Shown here in pieces: positions 52,973 to 64,000 of a DNA stretch of 64,000 bases (positions are counted from its first letter, which is position 1; each line of letters begins with the position of its first letter). Origin of the DNA: Pseudomonadota bacterium (GTDB taxonomy: Bacteria; Pseudomonadota; Alphaproteobacteria; G022571365); contig JACZXZ010000007.1 in assembly GCA_022571365.1 (NCBI GenBank), positions 3,366-67,365 of the forward strand. Direction: 5' to 3'. The notes below the pieces were generated by a model. That model was not told where the DNA came from. It saw only the letters and a program-made list of their open reading frames with translations, and made no database searches. The translations under genes and the position numbers were made by a program.

Positions 52973-53629
52973 GTGAAGCTGAACGAACTATCGGACAAAC
53001 CGGGGGCCCGCAAGGCGCGCACGCGCGTCGGGCGCGGCATCGGCTCGGGCAAGGGCAAGACCTCGGGGCGCGGCCACAAGGGCCAGAAGTCGCGCAGCGG
53101 TGTTGCCATCAGGGGCTTCGAAGGCGGGCAGATGCCGATCTATCGCCGGCTGCCGGGGCGCGGCTTCAAAAATCCCTTCGCCAAACGCTTCCAGGTGGTC
53201 AACCTCGACCGGCTTCAACGGGCGATCGAGGCCGGCAAGCTGGATGCCAACAATCCGGTGACGGTCGAGGCCATGCGCGCGGCCGGTCTGGTGCGCAGGG
53301 TGCGCGACGGCGTGCGGCTACTTGCAAAGGGCGAGCTCAGGTCCAAAGTAACGATTGAAGTCACCGGCGCTTCCAAGGCCGCGGTGGCCGCCGTGGAGAA
53401 GGCCGGGGGCAAGGTCGTGCTGCCCGAACCCGCGCCTTCCCCCGACAAGCCCAAGGCCGGCAGGGGCGCCGAAGTCGAGCCCAAGGACGATAAGGGCGCC
53501 GAAGTCGAGCCCAAGGACGGCAAGGGCGCCGAAGTCAAGCCCAAGGCCGGCAAGGACGCCGAAGTCAAGCCCAAGGCCGGCAAGGACGCCGAAGTCAAGC
53601 CCAAGGACGATAAGGGCGCCGAAGCTTAA
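52973..53629 (+). CDS. rplO: 50S protein L15 with repeat-built C-terminal tail
   Basis: [32 protein letters not shown]. Confidence 0.98.
   Translation: MKLNELSDKPGARKARTRVGRGIGSGKGKTSGRGHKGQKSRSGVAIRGFEGGQMPIYRRLPGRGFKNPFAKRFQVVNLDRLQRAIEAGKLDANNPVTVEAMRAAGLVRRVRDGVRLLAKGELRSKVTIEVTGASKAAVAAVEKAGGKVVLPEPAPSPDKPKAGRGAEVEPKDDKGAEVEPKDGKGAEVKPKAGKDAEVKPKAGKDAEVKPKDDKGAEA
53447..53626 (+). repeat. 6 x 30-bp coding tandem repeat in rplO
   Basis: [60 protein letters not shown]. Confidence 0.95.
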
Positions 53630-53651
53630 AGTCTGAAGACAGGAGATCCGG

Positions 53652-54994
<1,343 letters not shown>

Positions 54995-54995
<1 letters not shown>

Positions 54996-55648
54996 TGAAT
55001 GTGATCCTGTTCGGCCCCCCCGGCTGCGGCAAGGGAACGCAGGCCAGGCGGCTGGAGGATCGATTCAACACGATCCAGCTTTCGACCGGCGACATGCTGC
55101 GCGCCGAGGTCGCCTCCGGAAGCGAAATCGGCCGGAAGGCGAAAGCGGTCATGGATGCCGGCCACCTCGTGCCCGACGGAGTCATGATCGCGATGATCGC
55201 CAACCGCATCGATCAGCCCGACTGCAAGAATGGCTTTCTCCTCGACGGCTTCCCACGCACGACGGCCCAGGCCAGGGCGCTGGATGAGATGCTGGCTGAG
55301 CAGGGACTCAGGCTGGACCACGTGATCGAGATCACGATCGACGCGGCGGTGTTGGCCGAACGCCTCGCCGGACGCTTCAACTGCGCCAGATGCGGCGCGG
55401 TCTATCACGACAAGTTCCAGCGGCCCAAGGTCGACGGTGTGTGCGATGTCTGCGGCAGCTCGACCGGGTTCACGCGGCGCGTCGACGACAAAGCCGATAC
55501 CGTCAAGGCGCGGCTCAAGGCCTATGACGAGCAGACGGCGCCGCTCCTACCCTACTACCAGGCCAGGGAGGTGCTGAGGAGGGTCGACGGGATGGGCTCC
55601 ATAGACGAGGTGACGCGGCAGCTCGAAGCGATATTGGAACAGGCGTAG
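54995..55648 (+). CDS. adk: adenylate kinase (zinc-binding LID)
   Basis: GPPGCGKGTQA, STGDMLR, LDGFPRT, CARC...CDVC. Confidence 0.97.
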
Positions 55649-55652
55649 CTTG

Positions 55653-55680
55653 TTGACTTAGGCCGGGATCGCCATATAAT
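55653..55680 (+). promoter_or_regulatory. sigma70 promoter of the alpha operon
   Basis: TTGACT-16 bp-TATAAT upstream of rpsM. Confidence 0.75.
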
Positions 55681-55756
55681 CCGCGCACCCCAGGTGCCGC
55701 CCTGGGTGCGGTTTGGCCTGTCTTCGAGAAAACCTGAAGGATTAGAGGAACCATAG

Positions 55757-56125
55757 GTGGCGCGTATTGCTGGCGTTAACATTCCGACCCAGAAGCGGGT
55801 CGAGATCGCGCTGACCTACATCCACGGCATCGGCCGGACCAAAGCCCGGAAGATTTGCGGGACAGTCGGCATTCCCGACGAGCGGCGGGTGAATCAGCTC
55901 ACCGAAGATGAGGTGATGCGCATCCGCGAGGTTATCGACCGCGACCATCGGGTCGAGGGCGACCTGCGCCGGGAGGTGGGAATGAACGTCAAGCGCCTGA
56001 TGGATCTGGGCTGCTATCGTGGCTTAAGGCACCGGAAGGGTCTGCCGGTGCGCGGCCAGCGTACCCACACCAACGCGCGCTCGCGCAAAGGTCGGGCCCG
56101 GCCCATCGCCGCCAAGAAGAAATGA
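55757..56125 (+). CDS. rpsM: 30S protein S13
   Basis: [31 protein letters not shown]. Confidence 0.99.
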   Translation: MARIAGVNIPTQKRVEIALTYIHGIGRTKARKICGTVGIPDERRVNQLTEDEVMRIREVIDRDHRVEGDLRREVGMNVKRLMDLGCYRGLRHRKGLPVRGQRTHTNARSRKGRARPIAAKKK

Positions 56126-56180
56126 GGCCGCGGCCTGAGCATTGACGCCGGCGCGAAACGTCAAACGTTAAGGAAAGAGA

Positions 56181-56573
56181 ATGGCCACAACGACATCACC
56201 GCGTCTCAGACGCCGGGAACGGAAGAACATTACCTCCGGCGTCGCCCATGTGAGCGCGACATTCAACAACACGAAGATCACCATTACCGACGCCCAGGGC
56301 AACACCATTGCCTGGTCGTCGGCTGGCAGCCAGGGCTTCAAGGGCTCGCGCAAGTCAACGCCCTATGCCGCCCAGATGGCCGCCGAGGACGCCGGCCGGA
56401 AGGCCATGGAGCACGGCATGCGCACTCTTGAGATCGAGATCAAGGGGCCGGGCTCGGGCCGCGAGTCGGCCTTGAGGGCGCTTCAGGCTGTCGGCTTTAC
56501 CATCACCGCGATCCGCGACGTCTCGCCGATCGCCCATAACGGCTGTCGTCCGCCCAAGCGACGCCGGGTTTAG
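56181..56573 (+). CDS. rpsK: 30S protein S11
   Basis: [32 protein letters not shown]. Confidence 0.99.
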   Translation: MATTTSPRLRRRERKNITSGVAHVSATFNNTKITITDAQGNTIAWSSAGSQGFKGSRKSTPYAAQMAAEDAGRKAMEHGMRTLEIEIKGPGSGRESALRALQAVGFTITAIRDVSPIAHNGCRPPKRRRV

Positions 56574-56684
56574 GCTGCCCTAAGGGCGAATTAGGATCAG
56601 GGAGGCCGGCGCGGCCTGCCGGCCGGTACGTAGCGCGGACAGCCGTTGCGGATCGAGATCCGCGAAGGACAAGAGGTCACACCC

Positions 56685-57701
56685 GTGATTCAGAGGAATT
56701 GGACGGACCTGATCAAACCCAACAGGCTCATTGTCGAGCCGGGCGATGACCCGGCGCGCGAGGCCGTCGTGGTCGCCGAGCCGTTCGAACGCGGTTTGGG
56801 ACTCACTCTCGGCAACGCGCTGAGGCGAATTCTGTTGTCGTCGCTGCATGGCGCGGCGGTCACATCGGTGCAGATCGACGGGGTGCTGCACGAGTTCTCG
56901 TCGATCCCAGGCGTGCGCGAAGACCTCACCGATATTATCCTCAACATCAAATCCATCGCGCTTCGCATGCATGGCGAGGGGTCGAAGCGCATGACGCTCA
57001 AGGGCACCGGTCCCGGGGAGATCACGGCCGGGATGATCGAGACCGGACACGAGATCGAGATCATGAATCCCGAGCTCCTCATCTGTACCCTGGACAAGGG
57101 GACAAAGATCAACATGGAGATGACGGTGGAGGGCGGTAAAGGCTACGTTCCAGCCTCGCAGAGCCGCGCCCCCGATGCGCCCATCGGTTTGATTCCCGTC
57201 GACGCGGTGTTCAGCCCGGTGAAAAAGGTCGCCTACAAGGTCGAAAACACCCGCGTCGGCCAGGTTACCGACTACGACAAGCTTTCGATGCGGGTCGAGA
57301 CCAACACCACGGTCAGTCCGGAAGACGCGGTGGCCCTGGCGGCCCGCATCCTGCAGGATCAACTGCAGCTGTTCATCAACTTCGAGGAGCCCCAGGTCGC
57401 TATCGAGGCCGAGGAGCATGCCGAGCTGCCGTTCAACAAGAACCTGCTGCGCAAGGTGGACGAGCTGGAGCTCTCCGTGCGCTCGGCCAACTGCCTCAAG
57501 AACGACAACATCATCTACATCGGCGATCTGGTTCAAAAGACCGAGCAGGAAATGTTGCGGACGCCGAATTTCGGCCGCAAGTCGCTGAACGAGATCAGGG
57601 AAGTGCTCGACACCATGGGCCTCCATCTCGGCATGGAAATCCTCGATTGGCCGCCGGAAAACATCGAGGAGCTGGCGAAGAAGCTGGAAGAGCCGTACTG
57701 A
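56685..57701 (+). CDS. rpoA: RNA polymerase alpha subunit
   Basis: [44 protein letters not shown]. Confidence 0.99.
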   Translation: MIQRNWTDLIKPNRLIVEPGDDPAREAVVVAEPFERGLGLTLGNALRRILLSSLHGAAVTSVQIDGVLHEFSSIPGVREDLTDIILNIKSIALRMHGEGSKRMTLKGTGPGEITAGMIETGHEIEIMNPELLICTLDKGTKINMEMTVEGGKGYVPASQSRAPDAPIGLIPVDAVFSPVKKVAYKVENTRVGQVTDYDKLSMRVETNTTVSPEDAVALAARILQDQLQLFINFEEPQVAIEAEEHAELPFNKNLLRKVDELELSVRSANCLKNDNIIYIGDLVQKTEQEMLRTPNFGRKSLNEIREVLDTMGLHLGMEILDWPPENIEELAKKLEEPY

Positions 57702-57767
57702 TCCGGCCGGCTCGCCGGGGGGCGCGGCCGGGTTCCGGCGAGTCCAGGCCCGGGAGGAGGTACCGAC

Positions 57768-58196
57768 ATGCGTCACCGTGTCCGCGGCCGCAAGCTGAAC
57801 CGCACCTCGAGCCACCGCAAGGCGATGTTCGCCAACATGGCGGTCGCGCTGATCAAGCACGAGCAGATCAAGACCACCCTGCCCAAGGCGAAGGATCTCA
57901 GGCGGGTGGTCGAAAGGTTGATTACGCTCGGTAAGCGCGGCGGCCTGCACGCGCGGCGCCAGGCGCTTTCGATCCTCCAGGACACGGGACTCACGGAAAA
58001 GCTGTTCACCACGCTGGCGACCCGCTATGCCGACCGGAACGGGGGTTACACCCGCGTGGTAAAGGCCGGGTTGCGTTACGGCGACGCCGCGCCCATGGCG
58101 ATCATCGAGCTGGTTGACCGCGACCCGGAGGCCAAGGGCAAGGACTCCGGCCCCGTTCCGGGCGGGGAAGAGGAGGCCGCGGCGGCCGAGGCTTAG
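57768..58196 (+). CDS. rplQ: 50S protein L17
   Basis: [28 protein letters not shown]. Confidence 0.99.
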   Translation: MRHRVRGRKLNRTSSHRKAMFANMAVALIKHEQIKTTLPKAKDLRRVVERLITLGKRGGLHARRQALSILQDTGLTEKLFTTLATRYADRNGGYTRVVKAGLRYGDAAPMAIIELVDRDPEAKGKDSGPVPGGEEEAAAAEA

Positions 58197-58227
58197 ACTC
58201 CGTCACGGTTTGCCACGGATGACCAAG

Positions 58228-58260
58228 CGAGGCAGCCTGTTGGGCTGCCTCGTGTTTTGT
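58228..58260 (+). terminator. intrinsic terminator after rplQ
   Basis: CGAGGCAGCC-TGTTG-GGCTGCCTCG stem-loop followed by TGTTTTGT. Confidence 0.8.
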
Positions 58261-58325
58261 CAGGTGGTACATTATGTTCGGCACGCTGCGGGAGCGGGTC
58301 CAGGCCTCCCTCGGCTCGGGCGTCA
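58243..58325 (+). pseudogene. deleted duplicate of the degQ upstream and 5' region
   Basis: 58243-58278 matches 60465-60500 (32/36); 58277-58325 matches 60852-60900 inside degQ (47/49, last 38 bp identical). Confidence 0.88.
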
Positions 58326-58333
58326 GAAGCGCG

Positions 58334-59620
58334 TCAAGCTGTCCCGTGGCGTTTTTCCTGAGTGGTGACGCCGAGTGATTCGGCCACCGCCCTGGCCGTC
58401 GCGCAGCCGGTGAGGTAGGCGCCATGGCAGGTGGCGATGAACTCGTGCGAGGCCGCCTCGCCGGCGAAGAATAGCTTATCGTCGATGGCCGCCGCCATGT
58501 CGCGCCGGGCGCCGCCGCGGCCCGGCAGCGCGCACGAGTATGCCCCGCGGACCAAGGGATCGCCGTCCCACGCCGAGCAGGTCGTCCTGACGATGTGCTT
58601 CTCGATGTCGTTGCCGTAGACGCCTTTAAGCTTTTCGATCGCGTAGTCGGCCATCGTCTGCGGCCCCGAGCGCTCGAGCCACGCGCTGAAGCGGCCGCCG
58701 ACCAAGCCCACGGCGTGGTCGCGGTCGAACGGGCGGATCTGGAAGGCGATCGACTCGGGCGTCTCGTTGTAGACCGTGAAGCCGTCCCCCTGGTCGGGTC
58801 CGAAGACGTCGCGGTCGAATTCGATGCCGATGCGGTTGTGGCTTCCCAGCGGCAGGCTCTCGATCGCCGCGAGCTTCCAGTCGGGAAGCCGCGGTTCGAA
58901 GTGGATGTCGCCAGCGCCGAGCACGCCGGTCGAGACGGTGACGATCGCCTTCGCCGCGGTCACCGTGCCCTTCGGCGTCGTCACCCTGATCTCGGGCCCG
59001 CCCCAGTCGATGCGCTCGGCGCGCGCATTCAGCGCGACCGGCACGCCCGAGAAGTAGGCGGCGACCAGCGACCCGTAGCCGTCGACCAGCGGCCAGTTCT
59101 CGCCCGTGTCGTTGTAGCTCGACGAATCGACCGTCGAAACCTGGTCCGAATCGACCGAGGCGAACATCGAGGTCCACAGGTCGAACATCGGCGTCCAGCG
59201 GTCCTCGCGCGCGGTGACCTCGGTGACGGCGACGTCGCGCCCGGCGTCGGCCGCGGCCTTGATCGCCCCGTGGCAGCGCTCGTCGAACGCCTCGCGCTCG
59301 CGGCATTCCGCCTCGGTCGCCCAGCGGTCGCCGAGGTGGATGCGCCGCGGAAAGTCGTCCTTGGTGTAGGCGTGACCCAGAGATTCGGCGATTTCCACAT
59401 AGGGGTTGAGACTCGCCGAATGCATCCAGTGGCAGCCCAGGTCGAAGGGGAAGGCGAAGGCCTCGGTGTCGGTGAAGGCGCGCCCGCCGATGCGGTGCGA
59501 GGCTTCGAGCAGAGTCACGCTGAGGCCCGCCTCGCGCGCCGTCCTGGCCGCCGCCAAGCCGGCCGAGCCCGCGCCGATGACGACCAGATCGACCGGCGAC
59601 GCCGGTTTTCCCATGACCAT
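58334..59620 (-). CDS. FAD-dependent amine oxidase family oxidoreductase
   Basis: VIGAGSAGLAAA, EASHRIGGR, DLGCHW, RGAYS, FFAGEA, HGAYLTG; [11 protein letters not shown]. Confidence 0.9.
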   Translation of the reverse strand: MVMGKPASPVDLVVIGAGSAGLAAARTAREAGLSVTLLEASHRIGGRAFTDTEAFAFPFDLGCHWMHSASLNPYVEIAESLGHAYTKDDFPRRIHLGDRWATEAECREREAFDERCHGAIKAAADAGRDVAVTEVTAREDRWTPMFDLWTSMFASVDSDQVSTVDSSSYNDTGENWPLVDGYGSLVAAYFSGVPVALNARAERIDWGGPEIRVTTPKGTVTAAKAIVTVSTGVLGAGDIHFEPRLPDWKLAAIESLPLGSHNRIGIEFDRDVFGPDQGDGFTVYNETPESIAFQIRPFDRDHAVGLVGGRFSAWLERSGPQTMADYAIEKLKGVYGNDIEKHIVRTTCSAWDGDPLVRGAYSCALPGRGGARRDMAAAIDDKLFFAGEAASHEFIATCHGAYLTGCATARAVAESLGVTTQEKRHGTA

Positions 59621-59752
59621 TCCCTCCCTCGTTCCTACTCTAGCACACCGCCCCGCCCATCGCGCAGCCCCCGGTATTGGGCAAAGACGCGGGTGGCGCG
59701 TCCGGCTAAGCTTGGGTCGGGTTCCGGATTGATTGGGAGCCAAACCGCTGAG

Positions 59753-60438
59753 GGCCGTTCCTGACCCTTTGCGGACATTCAACGTGGCGCGGTTCTATGT
59801 CCCCAAATGACCCGAAGGCGACTTTGGCCAGCTAGAGAAGTCTCTTTGTAAGAATCACTTCGTAGTCTTCAAAGCCATAATTCTTGTATGCTTGGCGCGC
59901 TGTCTTGTTCTTGCTTTTGATGCAGACGGTCATCCAGTGTAGCCCTTTTGCCAGCATGGTACGTTCGAACTCTCGCATTAGGGCTGTCCCGATGCCTTGT
60001 CGGCGCCGTTCGCTCTGGACAAAAAGGTCAGAGATATAGGCACTTCGATCGAACTCTGAAGCGACTAGACAGTCCCCCGCTTTGTGGGCGTAACCTGCCA
60101 GCACTCCGACGATTTCTCTGTTTGCCTCAGCGACGAGAAAGACACCCTTGTCGGCGGTCAGCCGGTGGCGGAGATCGGACAGGTAGTCTTCCCAGACATC
60201 GCGTCCAGGCCTGAGGGGATATCCGACAATTTCGTGCTCAAAGTCTTGAATGTTCGCCACGGCCTGGCCCAAAGCGGTCCAATCCGCATCTTCTCCAGTT
60301 CGAATGGTAAATGTCGCGTGCTTCATGATGTGGAATATATATGGCGTGCGTCACGTAGAACAGGTTACGACCGTTCATGGCTATGAGCTGACATTGCGCC
60401 GCGACCCGGCCAGCGTCCGCTGATGGCTATGAGCGGAC
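59753..60438. mobile_element. putative single-gene cassette: GNAT gene between two 70-bp paired-palindrome sites
   Basis: 24-bp units at 59753 and 59799 (left) and at 60369 and 60415 (right); 46-bp period on both sides; visibly lower-GC gene between them. Confidence 0.5.
59832..60326 (-). CDS. GNAT family N-acetyltransferase
   Basis: ISDLFVQSERRRQGIGTALM acetyl-CoA motif; N..A...Y...GF. Confidence 0.9.
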   Translation of the reverse strand: MKHATFTIRTGEDADWTALGQAVANIQDFEHEIVGYPLRPGRDVWEDYLSDLRHRLTADKGVFLVAEANREIVGVLAGYAHKAGDCLVASEFDRSAYISDLFVQSERRRQGIGTALMREFERTMLAKGLHWMTVCIKSKNKTARQAYKNYGFEDYEVILTKRLL

Positions 60439-60542
60439 CTTCGACAAACTGAGACACTACCGTCGGCTGCCTCTTGTTTTATCGGGTGGTACACTATGTT
60501 AAGGCCATGTTGAAGGATCCGGGGCGGCAACGGTGGCGGAAG

Positions 60543-62015
60543 ATGGCCGGTTTCGGCGAAAAGCTGAGGACGGGTGGCACGGGCTGGGGGTCCCGCCTGT
60601 CGCTCGCGATGCTCGTTGGATCGCTGGTTCTGCTGGTGGCCGGCCCTTGGGCCGAGCCTAGGGCCCAGACCGCCCAGACCAAGGCGGTGCCGGAGACGAC
60701 GGGCGAGATCGAGCTGTCCTTCGCGGCCGTGGTCAGGCAAGCGGCGCCCGCCGTCGTCAACATCTATACCCGCAGGGTGGTGCGATCGGGGATCGCCTCG
60801 CCGCTGTTGAAGGATCCGCTTCTGCGCCACTTCTTCGGCGAGGGCTTCGGCTTCGGCATGCCGCGGGAGCGGGTCCAGGCCTCCCTCGGCTCGGGCGTCA
60901 TCGTGCGACCGGACGGTTTCCTCGTCACCAACTATCACGTCATCCAGGATAGTGACGAGATCACCGTGGTGCTGGCCGACCGCCGCGAGTTCGGCGCCAC
61001 CATCCTGCGCACCGACGAGCGTACCGACCTGGCGGTGCTCAAGATCGACACCGGCGGCGAGGAGCTGCCCTTCCTCGAGCTCAGGGATTCGGACGAGCTC
61101 GAGGTCGGGGACCTGGTGCTTGCCATCGGCAACCCCTTCGGGATCGGCCAGGCGGTGACCAGCGGCATCGTCTCGGCGCTGGCCCGCACCCAGGTCGGTA
61201 TCACCGATTTCCGCTTCTTCATCCAGACCGACGCGGCGATCAACCCCGGCAACTCGGGCGGGGCCCTCGTCTCCATGGACGGCCGGCTGGCCGGCATCAA
61301 CACGGCGATTTTCTCGAGAACCGGCGGTTCGCTCGGCATCGGCTTCGCGATTCCGTCCAATATGGTGGCGACGGTGATCGCCGGCGTGACCAGCGGCGGC
61401 CGCCTGGTGCGGCCGTGGCTCGGCGCCAGCGGTCAAAGCGTGACCGCGGACATCGCCGAGTCGCTCGGCTTGGCCAGGCCGGGCGGGGTCATCATCGCCC
61501 GGGTCTACCCGGGCGGCCCGGCGGATGGCGCGGGCCTGGAGGTTGGCGACGTGGTCACCGCGGTCAACGGCCGGGAGGTGGAAGACAGCGAGGCTCTTCG
61601 GTTTCGCATCGCCACCCTGCCCATCGGCGGCGGCGCGACCCTGGCCTTGCACCGCCGCGGCAGCGATCGGACCGTTACGGTCTTGCTCGAGGCGCCGCCG
61701 GAGGATCCGCCGCGCCAGGAGACGATGCTCCGGGGGGCGCACCCGCTGTCCGGCGCGACGGTGGCCAATCTCTCGCCAGCCCTGGCCGATGAGCTTGCCC
61801 TCGACCTCTTCGCGCGGGGCGTCGTCATCCTCGACACCGCCCGTGGCAGTCCGGCGCAACGGTTCTTCGCCACGGGCGACATCCTTCTCCGCATCGCCGG
61901 CCTCGAGACCGAGACAGTCGATGCGCTCGAGCGCGCCCTGATGCAACCGGCGCGCGTCTGGAACATCGCCCTGCGCCGGGGCGGCAAGGTGGTGAACCTG
62001 GCGGTCTCCGGATGA
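60543..62015 (+). CDS. DegQ/DegP (HtrA) periplasmic serine protease with 2 PDZ domains
   Basis: SLGSGVI, TNYHV, TDLAVL, QTDAAINPGNSGG; signal peptide. Confidence 0.95.
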   Translation: MAGFGEKLRTGGTGWGSRLSLAMLVGSLVLLVAGPWAEPRAQTAQTKAVPETTGEIELSFAAVVRQAAPAVVNIYTRRVVRSGIASPLLKDPLLRHFFGEGFGFGMPRERVQASLGSGVIVRPDGFLVTNYHVIQDSDEITVVLADRREFGATILRTDERTDLAVLKIDTGGEELPFLELRDSDELEVGDLVLAIGNPFGIGQAVTSGIVSALARTQVGITDFRFFIQTDAAINPGNSGGALVSMDGRLAGINTAIFSRTGGSLGIGFAIPSNMVATVIAGVTSGGRLVRPWLGASGQSVTADIAESLGLARPGGVIIARVYPGGPADGAGLEVGDVVTAVNGREVEDSEALRFRIATLPIGGGATLALHRRGSDRTVTVLLEAPPEDPPRQETMLRGAHPLSGATVANLSPALADELALDLFARGVVILDTARGSPAQRFFATGDILLRIAGLETETVDALERALMQPARVWNIALRRGGKVVNLAVSG

Positions 62016-63328
62016 GCAGCCTGTTCGAGGCCCAGGCTCCGCGTCCGCTGGCCGACCGCCTGCGTCCGCGGAGGCTGGATGAAGTCGTGGGGCAGGACCA
62101 CCTCTTGGCCCCGGACGGCCCGATCGGCCGCATGGCGGCGCAGCGCCGGATCGTTTCCATGATCCTGTGGGGCCCGCCGGGCTCGGGCAAGACCACGATT
62201 GCGCGGCTGCTGGCCGATGTCACCGACTTTCATTTCGAGCCCCTGTCGGCCGTGTTTACCGGGGTCGCGGATCTCAGGCGGGTGTTCGATGAGGCTAAGA
62301 AGCGCCGCGAGGCCGGCCGCGGCACCCTGTTGTTCATCGACGAGGTTCACCGCTTCAACCGGATCCAGCAGGACGGCTTCCTGCCCTACGTGGAGGACGG
62401 CACGGTCACGCTCGTGGGCGCGACCACGGAAAACCCGTCCTTCGAGCTCACCCCGCCGCTCTTGTCCCGCTGTCAGGTATTGGTCTTGAAGCGCCTCGAC
62501 GACGCCGCGCTCGAGCGCCTGCTCGTCCGCGCCGAGGCCGAAGTGGACCGCCGGCTGCCGCTCGACGGCGACGCCCGGTCCGCGCTCAAGGCCATGGCCG
62601 ACGGCGACGGGCGGTTTGTGTTGAACCTGGCCGAGGAGCTGTTCGCCCTGCCGCCCGCGGCCGACGACGGAACGGCGGTGCTGGATACGGCCCGGCTCGC
62701 CGCCATGGTCCAGCGCCGCGCGCCACTCTACGACAAGGCCCAAGAGGGCCACTACAACCTGATCAGCGCGCTCCACAAGTCTTTGCGGGGCTCGGACGCC
62801 GATGCCGCGCTTTACTGGATGGCGCGCATGCTGGCGGGCGGCGAGGACCCGCTTTACATCGCCCGGCGACTGGTGCGATTCGCGGTGGAGGATGTCGGGC
62901 TCGCCGACCCCGACGCGCTCGTGCAGGCGCTCGCCGCCTGGGACACCTACGAGCGTCTGGGCTCGCCCGAGGGCGAGCTGGCGCTCGCCCAGTGCGTGAT
63001 CTATCTGGCGACGGCGCCCAAGTCCAACGCCGCCTACCGCGCCCTTGGCACGGCCCAGGCGGCGGCCAAGAAGACCGGCTCGCTCATGCCGCCCCTGCAT
63101 ATCCTGAATGCGCCGACGCGGCTCATGCGCGATCTCGGCTACGGCAAGGACTACGTCTACGACCACGACACGGAGGCGGCGTTCTCGGGCCAGGACTACT
63201 TCCCCGAGGGCATGGAACGGCGCCAATTTTACCGGCCCGCCGACCGCGGCTTCGAGCGCGAGATCAAGAAGCGCCTGGAGTACTGGCGGAAGCTGCGGGA
63301 ACGAAAGGGTTCCGGCCGGGATCAATAA
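62012..63328 (+). CDS. rarA: replication-associated recombination protein A (MgsA/RarA)
   Basis: PLADRLRP, WGPPGSGKTT, FIDEVHRFN, GATTENPSF, ISALHKSLRGSD. Confidence 0.96.
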   Translation: MSSLFEAQAPRPLADRLRPRRLDEVVGQDHLLAPDGPIGRMAAQRRIVSMILWGPPGSGKTTIARLLADVTDFHFEPLSAVFTGVADLRRVFDEAKKRREAGRGTLLFIDEVHRFNRIQQDGFLPYVEDGTVTLVGATTENPSFELTPPLLSRCQVLVLKRLDDAALERLLVRAEAEVDRRLPLDGDARSALKAMADGDGRFVLNLAEELFALPPAADDGTAVLDTARLAAMVQRRAPLYDKAQEGHYNLISALHKSLRGSDADAALYWMARMLAGGEDPLYIARRLVRFAVEDVGLADPDALVQALAAWDTYERLGSPEGELALAQCVIYLATAPKSNAAYRALGTAQAAAKKTGSLMPPLHILNAPTRLMRDLGYGKDYVYDHDTEAAFSGQDYFPEGMERRQFYRPADRGFEREIKKRLEYWRKLRERKGSGRDQ

Positions 63329-63332
63329 CGTA

Positions 63333-64000
63333 ATGGAGCGATTTTCGCCGCACGCCCGGGGCCTCCTGATCGCAGGAGCCGGGGCCCTCTGTTTCACCCC
63401 CGACACCCTCTTGATCCGCCTGGTCGGAACCGGGACCTGGGAGCTGGTGTTCTGGCGCTCGGTCTTCGTGTTATTGGCCATTTCCCTGTTCCTGGGGACC
63501 CGGTACGGCCGGACCCTGCCGTCGGTCGTCCGTGCCGGCGGGGCGGCCCTGGTCCTCTCCGCCGCCCTGTCCGTCCTGACCACGGTCCTCTTCATTTTCG
63601 CCGTGGCCAACACCCGGGTGGCCAACGTCCTGATCATCCTGAGCACGGCACCCTTCTTCGCCGCCGTCTTCTCCAGGCTCTTCCTGGGCGAGACGGTGCC
63701 CCGGCGCACCTGGGCGGCGATCCTGGCGGCGGCCGCGGGAATGGCCATCGTCTTCTACGATTCCCTGGGCGGCGGCCGGTTGACGGGCGATCTCCTGGCC
63801 TTCGGCGCCACTTGCGCGGTCGGCGGAAACCTCGTCGTGCTGCGGGGGGCGAAGCGGGTCGACATGATCCCCGCCTATGGCATCGGCGCCGTGGCGGCGG
63901 CGGTCTGCTCGGCGCCCCTGGTGACTACTTTCGCCCTTTCGGCCGCCGATCTCGGATGGTTCATCCTCATGGGCATTGTCGTCGCCACCGCCTTCGCCCT
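63333..64000 (+). CDS. DMT/EamA-family transporter (3' end outside window)
   Basis: MERFSPHARGLLIAGAGALCFTPDTLLIRLV... multi-TM; TRVANVLIILSTAPFFAAVFSRLFLGE motif; frame open to the window end. Confidence 0.85.
   Translation, partial: MERFSPHARGLLIAGAGALCFTPDTLLIRLVGTGTWELVFWRSVFVLLAISLFLGTRYGRTLPSVVRAGGAALVLSAALSVLTTVLFIFAVANTRVANVLIILSTAPFFAAVFSRLFLGETVPRRTWAAILAAAAGMAIVFYDSLGGGRLTGDLLAFGATCAVGGNLVVLRGAKRVDMIPAYGIGAVAAAVCSAPLVTTFALSAADLGWFILMGIVVATAFA

Noticed and set aside
55648-56685. Absence of rpsD, rpmJ and infA from the spc/alpha cluster
   Set aside because: This is the normal arrangement in Alphaproteobacteria.

Overview
This is a GC-rich alphaproteobacterial chromosome segment, Rhodospirillales-like by gene order and protein style (inference). 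Left part: argH-lipoprotein-lysA, an internally deleted TIGR02302/DUF4175-type pseudogene, and a candidate immunity + cell-wall-toxin gene pair with a sigma54-like promoter. Next come a sugar epimerase, an acyl-CoA ligase, pepF, an ABC1 kinase, pntAA/AB/B and an aspartate aminotransferase. These are followed by the O2-independent ubiquinone genes ubiTUV, which lie downstream of two Fe(II)/2OG dioxygenase genes carrying a perfect FNR box, then a pentaheme cytochrome c with a Fur-like box, a WecA/MraY-type transferase and rlmB. Centre (25.8-58.2 kb): the core translation/transcription supercluster (tRNA-Tyr/Gly, tuf, tRNA-Trp, secE-nusG, rplKAJL, rpoBC, str, S10, spc, alpha). Right end: an insertion between rplQ and degQ (flavin amine oxidase plus a GNAT gene bracketed by paired 24-bp palindromic sites, bounded by a duplicated and deleted copy of the degQ 5' region), then degQ, rarA and a partial DMT transporter. 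All calls come from reading the sequence and recognising motifs; no searches were run.
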